Notes under the pieces: generated by a model
Told to the model about the DNA's origin: nothing
Database searches by the model: none
The model's input: only the letters and a program-made list of their open reading frames with translations
Shown: positions 13,001 to 25,000 of the stretch, one piece after another
Layout: each line of letters opens with the position of its first letter
Numbering within the stretch: position 1 is the stretch's first letter
Made by a program: the position numbers and the translations under genes
DNA from: Mobula hypostoma
Lineage: Eukaryota
NCBI RefSeq assembly: GCF_963921235.1
Contig: NC_086118.1
Location: 17,672,001-17,736,000 of the forward strand
Direction: 5' to 3'
DNA length: 64,000 nucleotides

Positions 13001-16000
13001 GCTGGTGAACGCAGCAGGCCAGGCAGCATCTATAGGAAGAGGTACAGTCGACGTTTCAGGCCGAGACCCTTCGTCACTCTTACTCACTTACTCACTTACT
13101 CACTCTTCCTTCAGTTAGTCCTGACGAAGGGTCTCGGCCTGAAACGTCGACTGTACCTCTTCCTATAGATGCTGCCTGGCCTGCTGCGTTCACCAGCAAC
13201 TTTGCTGTGTGTTGCTTGAGATTCCCCTACTGCTGTCTGTGAAAGGTTGAAAGTCAACTGTAAAGTTCATCGTAGAAACTTGATAAGTTCCTCTGGATAA
13301 TGTGATGAAGCTGATGTCACCAGTTTTGGTGCAGTGTTCCAATTAATCTATTGTAGTTCTTGCCACTGCTGTTATTTAGTCTAATAGGTGTAACGTCTAC
13401 TGCCTTCATTTTCGGATATAGAGCAAAGCGTCATCATTTGTCTGGCTCAAGGGATCATTGTTGCTGAATAGATGCTCTACTAATGGGAGGGGCTTGGTAG
13501 ACTGCTTCCAGAGGGTTGGATGTATTTGGACAGGCATGTGACTTACAGTATCCATGGCAGGCAAGTGCTTTGTGGAAAGGGGTCCAAACTCCCTCCAAGA
13601 CTACACCCTGCTCCTGGCAGGAAGTTGTCATGAAAATCCGAATCCACCAATATCTTAATGGAGACAAATACTCGTGCTGCACTGCCTGCTCCTGGGAATG
13701 TATGCGCGGCTTCGGCTTTCCTTCTTGAATATGTACTTCAGGTGACCTCTCTAATGCAATAGTTAGCAATGAAGTATGAGATACCTGTATAGATGAAGTG
13801 TGAGATGCTAGATAGGTACATGGATGGTAGGGGATAGTAGGGGAGTGGAGGGCTATGGGCCTGGTGCAGGTTGATGGGAGTAGGCAGTTTAAATGGTACA
13901 GCCCAGACCAAATGGGCTGAAGAGTCTGTTTCTGTGCTGTACTTTTCTATGACTACGCGGTGTCAGCAGCAGCCGCCTGGAATGGTCTTAAGTCTGGGAA
14001 ATTGAAAGGGGCTCTGACATGATGGTATCATGAGGTCTGCCTACGTGCACCAACAGTTTAGCAATTTGACCCCTCAAGATTGACCGTAGTTGGTTAGGCA
14101 AGGTCTGCATATCCAGCAGCCTTGGCATCAGTGCCTTGGTGCATTTCTCCCATTGGCTATTCTTTCCCTGCATTGCCTTTTCTTCCCCCTGTCATCCATG
14201 GGTATTCTTCTGGTGTCTGCTTGCCATAGGTTTACAATTGTAACCTAGATTTCATATTAGTTCAAAGGACTGGTTCAGGGTTCAGGGTTCAAAGGGGTGA
14301 TGTTCCTCACTGTTCCAGCATACTTCAGTGGCGATTCTGCAAACCTCAAGATCGAGGGCTGAAATGTGGATTTTGATTCAGATTTTTTTTTTGGTGTTGG
14401 TCTCATTGCTCTAAATTTACTGGTCAGTTTCTCAAAAGAAATGCAAACCATAGCAGGTTCTTCAATGCATGGACTTCTCACATTACAACTGTGTTTTTCT
14501 TGGATCTAAATTTATTATTCTGATTTTGATTTTCCAAGGAAAACATATATACTGTGTGGTGTGATATATTAAAAAATGATCTGTGGAGATAATTTTCAGT
14601 GTTTATGTGTATCAAAAACTACAGACAATGCAGGAAAATTTCTGATGGAATTATGGACATTCTTAAAGTTTTGCTGGAAATGTTTAGCTGAGTCAGACTT
14701 ACATGTGATGTCACTGCACTGTGACCAGAACAAATTATAGATTACATCCAAAGCAGAAATAAATCACATTTCAAGAAAAATAATGGTTGTACTGTAATAA
14801 GAGGCTTTAGCTGATTACAGCTGAGAGAATTGTGGAATAGATAAATGCTGTATACTTAATTTATGGATGAAATTGTGAATGGAAGGTGTAATTTTGTATT
14901 GGTGATCAAGTTACTGAATGCATGGCAATTTTCTTTGGGTCATTATGACAACAATTGATTTGATTATTGCATGTTAGCTTGTTTAAATTTAGCTTTCTCA
15001 TTTTTGGTGCTTTTTGAGGTATTGGACTAATATGGAGTCTATTGAGTGTATTTTATTTTACGCAAGTGTTCAACCCATATTTGCTTGCTTTTATTTTGGT
15101 ATTCCTTCAATTTTACTAGGTATGAAGCAAAGCTGTATTTAGAGTGGTCCAAAACTGTATCTGAAAAATCTCAATATAATCTAACTCAACCTCTCCTCAA
15201 ACGAGACCCAGAAACAAAACTGATCTCAGTTAATTTTGAGCCGCAGGTAAGTTATTCAAAGTCAGAAAGTTATGTTGCAGCTTTATAAAACTCTAGTTAG
15301 TCTGTGTCTGGGAGGCTGATCCAGAAGATTAATGGTGAATTGGCTGCTTGAATTCAGAACTGGTTGCACATAGAAGACAGAAAGTAGTGGTCGAAAGGAT
15401 GTATTATAGCTGAAGGATTGTGATTAGTGGTGTTCTGCAGAGATCTGTATAGGGACCTCTGTTGTTTGTGATGTATATAAATGACCTGGATGAAAATATA
15501 CATGGTTACATTATTAAGTTTGCAAATGATATGAAGATTAGTGGTGTTATGGATAGCATAGAAGTTTGGCAAAGAATACAGTGTGATATAGATCAGATGT
15601 AGATATGGGTAGAGAAATTGCAGATGGAGTTTAACACAGTCAAATGTGAAATGTTGCACCTTGGTAGGTTAAATGTTAAGGGAGGAGAAGAGGAATCTTG
15701 GAGTCCAAGTTCATAGCTCCATGAAAATGGCTACACAGGTTAATAGAGTCATTAAGAATGCATATGGTATGCTTGCCTTTATCAATCATGGCATTGAATT
15801 CAAAAGTCTGTTGCAGCTTTATAAAACACTAGATAGGCTGCATCTAGGGTATTGAAACAGTTCTGGGTGCTCCATTAAAGGAAGGATATTGGGCCTTTCG
15901 AGAGGGTGCAAAAGAGGTTTACCAGGCTGTTGCTATGATGCTATGCTCTGTGCTATGATGAGAAGTTGGATAAACCTGGGTTGTTTTCTCTGGAGCAGTA

Positions 16001-19000
16001 GAGACTGCGGGGAGATCTGAAAGAGGTTTATAAGATTATGAGAAGAAGAGTAGAGTGAATTGACAGTATCCTTTTCCCAGGGTTGAAATATCAAATACCA
16101 GAAGGTATGCATTTAAGGGGAGAGGGGGTAAGTTCAAAAGAGACTAAGGAGCAAGTTTTTTTCACACAGAGAGTTGGGGTGCCTGGAATGCACTGCCTGG
16201 AGTGGTGGTAGAGGCAAATACATAAGGGACTTTTAAGAGACATTTAGATAGGCATGTGAAGGTGAGGGAAATGGACGGATAAGGATGTTGCGTAGACAGA
16301 AGGCATTAATTTAGTTGGGCATTTGATTACTAATTTAATTGGTTTGACACAACATTGTGGGCTGAAGGGCCTGTTTTTGTGTTGTACAGTTCTATGTTCT
16401 ATATTCAATAAAAATCAATGCTGTTGTGTATGAGTGATCATTTGCCAATTACTTTTCTATGTCCCATTGAAAGCTTGATTAATAATATAATCGTTCGTAA
16501 CCTGGAGTTTACCTAATTCAGAAGCATTGTCAGCACAAATATTGCAATGGGAGTTTGATTAGCTACAGGTTAGTGCAGATCTTGGTTACTATTAGGTCTT
16601 AGCTGTATCTTCGTTTGAATTAGTTCATTAGTATCAATCTGTCTTAAAAATTCAAAACACGCCAGACCAAGATAGTTGTCAAACGACGGTTTTCCAGACT
16701 AGTATTTCAACCTGTTTTTGAGTAAGAACTGTAATACAAGGACTAACAAATTATGATTTAACTAGAGGAAGTTGTAATCAAGTTTAATCTCCTGTAACTT
16801 TGAATCTGAAACTGTTGCAGGCTGCTGTAAAAAAAAAGTATGTTTATTCTTGATTTAAAGTGTTATAATGATTCAATCTTCATTAAGAAAGCCTTGTTCT
16901 AAATTTAATTTGCCAGGAAACAAAAGTTTAAGTGAAAATTAGAGGTATACCAATTACGCTGTTTATTTGCCTCATGATCTTGGCTATTCTATGCCATTTA
17001 CAGCTTGTCTCAGTATTACGAGAGGTTAGATATTTAGAGACACAACATGTTGAGAAGATTCCCAAAACTGCAGTTGAAATATATGCCTCAAAAGAATCCT
17101 ACCACCAGTATGTGGCAACCTTGGAGCTGACTGCCAGTTGGTACAACAAAATCCTAAAGTCTGTCCTTGGGGTGGAATTTCCGCTCATAGAGGAGCAGGT
17201 ACAACAGATTGACTGTAAAATGAAGGAGGCAGAAGAATTACTGAACTGGAAGAGTGAAGGTAATTAATTTGCACTTTATTTTCCCTACTACTGATATACT
17301 ATATATTGTATGGAACATTCAATGCTATGAATGGCAAAACCTACTGAATCAAATCTGTCATTGATAATGGAAATATATTTGAAAAATTGAATGCCCTTTT
17401 CCTAAAAATAAGTTAATTTATTGCTTTTGGGGAAGGAAGGATTGAGGCTTTTTAAGAGGTGTTTAACTTCATTAAAATAGGTTTGTTTTAAAGTGGGTTT
17501 CCTAGGAAGAAAGTTCCACATTTAATTGTAGAGAATGCCTAGGAAAAGAATTTGATTAAGCCAGAAACCTATGGACTACAAAGTTTGAAATGTTTGCAGT
17601 TCCAGGTTTCATGAGAAGTTACTTGTGTTCTATGAATATTGTTAGAGCTCCAATCTGTTCTGTTTAAAAGCATGTTCATTTCCTGTTTCTTTCAAGAGAT
17701 GACTTTTTCAACTTTTAACCTCTAATAAGATTAACAACTACTTCAATGAAACTAATCAAGAACTTGTCAGAGGTTGAGTGAAATATGCTTAAGTAGCAAA
17801 AATGAATTATAAAACAGGCTAAAGAAACCTAGTTATTTGAAATAGTAATTAACAAGCTAATAGAAGGCAATCAAGATAAATGGAAACTCTTCAAAAAGGA
17901 AACCTGATAAATATTATTGTGTCTGAATACATTCATCTGCTTAATACATTCATGTTAATATTTGCTAAGGCATCTGGGATTATATCCAAAAAGTTCGGGA
18001 TATGGTTCAAGACTTGGAGAACCGATTGCAGAAAGCAAAAGACAACCTAGGTGCCATACAGGATATTATGAAGGCATGGGTATCTCCTGTTTTTGAAAGA
18101 AAGGAAGGGAAAAAAGATACACTCCTCAGTCTCGATGACAAGAATGAAAGACTTGAGAAACGCTACAGTTTTATTAAGCAAACTGGTGAAAAAATACGCT
18201 TATTGGTGAAGGTATGGTAAAATTGGAATTCTAACCTTAAGAAAGCACAGCATTTCAGCCAATACTACAAACTATATTTAGTATTATTGTGAAATTGTTA
18301 AGGATGTACAATATATTTTGCCAATGCTATTATAGGACAAATTGAATGTGATTAGGTAATTCCACTATCTGTCAAGCCTGCTGACAGTGTTGGTGTTGAA
18401 TAATGAAAACTGATATAAAACCTGTAATTTATGTTTAACAATTCTCCACAAATGAACGGGGCCATATTAGACAACCCCTTAAACTGAGAGGCCTGATAAT
18501 GATGACTTTCTGGCCCATCATCCCAGGTTATTACCAAATAACACAGTAGGATGGCATGGGAGTGAAGCGGTTAACGCAATCGCTTCACAGCAATAAACGA
18601 TCAGCGTTTCATTCCCGCTGCTGTCTGTAAGGAGTTTGTATGTTCTCCCCGTGACCACGTGGGTTTTTTCTGGGTGCTCTTGTTCCCTCTCATGTTCCAA
18701 AGACGTGTAGTCAGGATTAGTAAATCGTGGGCATGCTATGTTGGTGCTAGGACTGTGGGAACACTTGTGGGCTGTTCACAGTACAATCCTCACTGATTTG
18801 ATTCAGTGCAAACAGAGCATTTCCCTGTATGTTTGGCAAATAAAACTAATCTTTAAAATTGTCCTCAACTTTGTGAAAATACTAGGGTGGATACCTCCAG
18901 TCAATGACCTCCAGTGTGTTCTGTGCAGTGTACAGGTGGGAAGTTGGCAATCTATCTAGTCAGAACTTATTGACTGAACCACCAGCTAGGAGTCAGTGTG

Positions 19001-22000
19001 ATCTTACCCAGTGCCTGATTAATTATGCTTGCTATGTCCACTAATACCTTGTTACATTGTGAAAATTGAAGGGATTAAATTGAAGTTAAAAAACTCAACT
19101 AGAAGTGCCGGTGATATTAAACCCGATCTGATTCTGATTATTTTCTAGTGATGTTAGGTTCACTTCTGTTTAAAGGACAGCTGTGTGGTGCAGCAATTAT
19201 TGCTGCCATCTTTCAGCTCCAGTGACAGATTCATTTCTAACTCAAGGGGTTCTGTGTGTGGAGATTGCACATTTGTCCTGTGATTGTATGAGTTTCCTTC
19301 GAGTGCTGGTTTCCTGCCACATCCCAGACACACTAATCACTTACTTGCTGGGGTGTGGGTTGCTGTAATGACTAATAGTTGAATGTAAGTGATTAAAAAA
19401 TCAAAATAGTTGATGGGAAAATGAGGAAGAATAATTTACATGGGAAGAGTAGAATCACATTTCAGATGTTTTGCATTTGGATATTTGATCTTTATCGGCT
19501 TAATTGGCAAAAGGATTAGTGGGGGGTTGAGGAGGGATTTGTGAAGGAGTCTGAAAGCTAACCCTTGTCGTCTCTAAAAATGTAGCTCGTCAACTACTTG
19601 AAGAATCTTGTTCTACGTAGCTGTGGGCCAACAGCTGACAAATGGGAATTGCTTAAATAACTTCATCCTTAGGCTAGCAGGTGAAATGGGCTGAATGGCC
19701 TCCTTATATGCTTTAAATTTCTATGGTTCCATGATTTATTAATTTTAAAAATGATGCACTGCAATGAAGAGTAGATTTTCTGCTAGAATTATCTGCTGCT
19801 GGAGGAAGAATCTGAGAGATCAGCCCTATCCTATTGATGCTGATGCAAGTACTGGTAATAGGTAACTACCTCATTTCAACGAAATTTATTTAAGTGAGGC
19901 AGAGCATCTTGAAGATTGGGTTGTAAACTTCAGCTGAGATTTCTACTATGCAGGAATACCTGCTCATAACTTATTAAGCTGGTTGCATTTCTTAAGTGTG
20001 TCTCATATGACTACATTAAATATAGAAATTGTGGTTACTTCAAAAATGCATTAAGCTGTATATTTACCACATGGATTAGTTTTTTTTTGTTTTTAGTGAC
20101 ATATTTTCCAAATTTCCCTGATGGTATTACTTCTGATAATCACTGATTATGGATCTTATTATGTACTGCTAATATTTTTATCCATCAATAGGACAACCTG
20201 AATCTCTTCCAAGCTGATGTGACTTCAAAGATTTGGAAGGCATATGTTGACTATGTTGATGAAATGGTTATTGATGGTTTCTTCAATGCTATTGAAGCCT
20301 CCCTGAATTATCTTGTAGATAACACTGGTAAGAATAATTTATTCCAGTAATATTATTCCTAGTCATCAATTTATAATGGCCACACAATGAGGAAATGCTT
20401 ATTGTTGTGGTAGGGTAGGTTCCATTATTTTAACAATGACTTAATGAAAACACAGAAAGAGGCTGTTCTGCCCATAAAATTTGCACTGACTATCAAGCAT
20501 GTGTTTACCTGAATCCCACACTAATTTGATTTGATTTCCCCCCCAGTTACATATCAATTTCTAATACTAGGGGCTATTTGCAGTGGACAACATAGCCATA
20601 AGGAGCAACAGCAGGGACCTTGGGAGTGTTTATGTACTCCGATTGGGTGTGTGTACCTAGCTTACTGAAAGTGATGAAGTAGATGAATAAGGTCGCTAAG
20701 AACTTTTGTAATCTGCTTGCCTTCATAGGTTACTTTAAGTATAGAAGTTTGGGCATCATACTGCAGCTATACAAAACACTGAAGTAACTGCATTTGGAGT
20801 ATTGTGTGCAGTTCTGTTCACTGTACACAATACTTGTCAATTGCTAACTCATCCCTATCAGCAATTCTCTTTGTGTCGCAATTATTTATATATGTCATGA
20901 ACAACTGGGGTCTCAGCACTGATCCTGGTCACAGACCTTCAGTCAGAAAAACACCTTCCCACAATTATCCTCTGTCTTCTTTATTCAAGTGAATTTTGTA
21001 TCTACCAAATCTCCATGATCTTACGTGCCTTAATCTTCTGAACCAATTGAACTCAAAGCTTCCTGCAGCACACATTTGCTTGAAATGCAACTTATTAATG
21101 CTATGTCATGTTCATCTGTAATGAACAATTACTTCAGCATCCTATCCAATCTATTAAATAGGAAAAAGAAAGATACAGAGGACAACATGGAAAGAAAGTG
21201 CAAATTAGAATCGATCTGGGTGATAAATGTGAGAGGAAAAAGATTGTTTTTGGAAAGATTTAGGGAAAAAACACATTACAAACAAGCAAAACAATATGAA
21301 ATCTGAAGTTTTAAAAACCTGAATGAATAATGTGCTACATGCCGGAATGAGGCAAAGTATTTGAAGTATAAATCTTGCAATGTAAGGAATTCTTGCATCA
21401 TTAACTGCTATCAATAACTTTCAGTGCCATGTTTAATTCAATATAACTGCATAAATACTGCAAATTTTGGAACTTCAGGAAATTGGTAGTGGCTTGCTTT
21501 TCTCAAGGATGCTGAACTAATGTGCAACATTTCAGATCTTTCTGCAGTTTGGGCTATTTTTAACAGCTCTTCCACACCATTAACTGCTGGTCATTTAGAT
21601 CGTTATAGCTCAAAACATACTACGTTGTCAGCCCACTTGGGCTGTGCAGTTTTAATGATAGACAGCCGAAATTGCATGGTTGTAGGCTGAGCTTCCATTG
21701 TAATAGTCAGATGCTTTGTGGCTATTACTGTGCTCCCATGAAAGCTAGAACTTACTACAACTGGGAACATTGTTATAAGATGTAAATAAAATCAAAGCCT
21801 TGCTAGATAGGATGGCTTTCCAGACCCGCAAATGAGTGCTCGGCAGTAGAACTCAACATCATACTCTGGACATGAGGTACCTCAGATATCATCACAACTT
21901 ACCCTAAATCCAGGCCTGATGGCCGCTGTCTCACCAGAAATAGATCCTGCCTTTTCGCTCTCTTACACATGCAGTGTCTGTATCTGAAGTAGTTACTTTG

Positions 22001-25000
22001 TGCGTGAAACTAAATGAAGTTTTACTTAGATCATCACTCCAGCTTTGCTTTCTGTCAAGGGCCTGTCAGGCTGCAACTCCTGGATACCTTAAATAAATAA
22101 AAAGAATGGGATAGTACAGAGGAAAAAAATGCACTTTAAACCATATGCAGCTTGTATCTTAAAGGATTATGGCAAATAAAACAGCTTTAATCCAACATCT
22201 AAATGTTCTAGCATCTGGCTTGTTTACTCTGAACTTGAGTTAGTCACCCTGAGTGCAAACAACATTTACAGTAGGCTTGTGGTCAAAACCAGGTGCTTGT
22301 GTATTTCCTGGTCTCTTTAAACTCACCAGGTTCTCTGGAGAATGTATTAATCTGTTGTTGCCATGTAAAAAAAGAGTGAAATAACAATTTTCAGGTATTA
22401 GTAAAGATTACCATCCAATAGTCCTGAAAAATCCAAGCTTTATCAAGAGTGTTAGTTATCAGAGTTTTACTTTACTGTATCTTTGGTGGCATGAGCCTTC
22501 CGGCCAAACTCTCAGCATGTCATCAGACCATAAAATGCAGGAGTAGAATTAGGTCATTCTGCCCCTGGAGTCGTTTTATGAAGTCTTCTCAGTGATACTC
22601 AATCATGGCTGATTTTTTCTTTTTCAACTGCATTCTCCTGTTTTCTCCCCATAACCTTTAACCTCTTACCAATCAGGAACTTAAGAATCTCTGTCTTAAG
22701 TACATCCAAAGACTTGGCTTCCAAAGCACTCCCGGAGTGAAATTCTATGGATTCATCACTCACTGACTGAAGAAATTCCTCCTCATCTGTTTTAAGAGAA
22801 TGTTCCTTTATTATGAGGCCCTGCCCTTCGAACCTAGACTCTTCTACTAATGAAAGCATCCTCTCCACATGCACTCTCTTCAGGTTTGCAATATCTGGTA
22901 GGCTTCAATGAGATTGTCCCGCTTCTTTCTGAACTCCAAGTACAGGTGCAGGGAATGAAATGTTCTTAATATGTTAAGCCGTAAGTGATAGTTAGTAATC
23001 CAATATTGGTCAACACCATCTCCTCTGTGAGGTTTAGGATAATTAAGTTTAACTCCCTTTAATTATCATCTGACAATTAAAAATGTTGAGTGATCAGCAG
23101 TGCCAGGAAGATGTAGATTTTCAAAAACACTTAGGTGATCTGCTTATATGTGGACGAATGCTTGCTTATATAATTGGGTGTGTACTTTCTCATTCCACAG
23201 AGGAAACATGGAAATTTATTGTTTAAGCCTTCTCACTTTGCATAGAAATCACACAGGTTTACATTATTCTGTTCTTTTCATAGAACCTAAAGCTGGTCTT
23301 GCACCGCTGTTTGAAGCCCAGTTGGACCTAGTTTCCCCAGATTTGGTCTTCCACCCATCTCTTGAGATAGGCAGTGGTGACAGTTTCTATGACCTGGTGG
23401 ATGGATTGATCAATGATATTTTCAATATTTCATCTTTGGTACCCAGACTGGCAGAACACACCACTTATCCTCACTATCAGGTAAGATGGTATTTAATATC
23501 CGCTTGTTTCATCCCAGCTTCTCAGATAGGAAACTGTGTGTTTCAGGTGTAATGCTAACTGTAGATCCTTACTTTAACGGAGAGTCGGTTGGCTCACAGT
23601 GGAGATTTTTGATGGATGGGCTGAATTAAGATTGCCCTATACAGGTTTCTCCTGCCATCCGAAGGTAGAGCGTTCCTATGAAACGGTTCGTAAGCCGAAA
23701 TATCGTAAAGTGAAGAAGCAATTACCATTTATTTATATGGGAAAATTTTGTGAGCATTCGCAGACCCAAAAATAACCTACCAAATCATGCCAAATAACAC
23801 ATAAAACCTAAAATAACGGTAACATATAGTAAAAGCAGGAATGGTATGATAAATACACAGCCTACATAAAGTAGAAATACTTCTCTACAACGATTGCCTG
23901 CACAGATCTCCGTAGCGAAAATCTCACACAAGCGCTCTCGGCAGAAAATCTCACGCAAGCGCTGTTGGCATAAATGCGCTCTCCAGTAACCTTTAAACTA
24001 TGAAGCTGCCAAATCTACCAAATAACACGTAAAAATACACAGCCTATATAAAGTAGAAATAATGTATGTACAGTGTAGTATAACTTACCGTAATTGGGAA
24101 AACAGCGCTGAGCACACTGATGATGGTGTGTTAGACTGAGTCGTCGCAGGCTGGGTGGTGCAGCCTCCGGGCCGCCAACCCGATACATTCTCGCGAAGAA
24201 CGCAGCGGTAGCCAGGAGACACACAGCACATCTTTAAGAAAAAAGCCGAAATAAACATGCTAATTAATAAAGTGCTGCTAGGCACGTAAGCGTCGGCGCA
24301 GATCAGAGGTGATTGCCGATTGCATCGCCTCTGATCTGGGCCAACAATTACATGCTAGGCGGCACCTAATTAATTAGCATGTTTATTTCGGCTTTTTTCT
24401 TAAAGATGTGCTGTGTGTCTCCTGGCTACCGCTGCGTTCTTCGCGAATCGGTACAGTATCTGTCCGGGGCCCGGGTGTTGGGGTGGTGGGACACGGGAGT
24501 GTCATCTCATCATCGATCAGGGCAGGAAGCTCATCTTCTCCTATGACTGCCTGCCTTGATGTCGAAGGTTGAGGTTCGTTGTCTGCTGTGGCTGATGTGG
24601 AAGGCTTGCTTGACTGCTGAGCCTCGCGCATTTTTCTATCATACAGTTGTTTGTAAGCATTCAAACCATCCTGCAAATATCCTCTAAACCTACATACCCT
24701 TTCAAAATTAAAGTCGTACTTTATCATTGCAGCGAAAATCTCACGCAGTTGCTTCACTTTCTGCATTTGGTTGCATTCGGTTTCGATTGTTATCCTTTCC
24801 TCTTCCAATTGCATCAGCTCTTCATCTATCAGTTCTTGGTCATGGGATGCCAAAACCTCTTCAACATCATCTTCGTAAACTTCCAGAAGCCAAACTCACT
24901 TTGTCCTTGCTTTGTTCACCACGATCGAAACGCTTAATTATGTTTGGTTTTACGCTAAGTGTAACACTCTTACTCTTTCAGATTTTTCCGACACCTTAGA

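Noticed and set aside
24383..24853. 156-aa ORF as a domesticated TIGD-like gene
   Set aside because: Only the transposase C-terminus, inside a TIR-bounded deleted element; no DDE domain or intact N-terminus.
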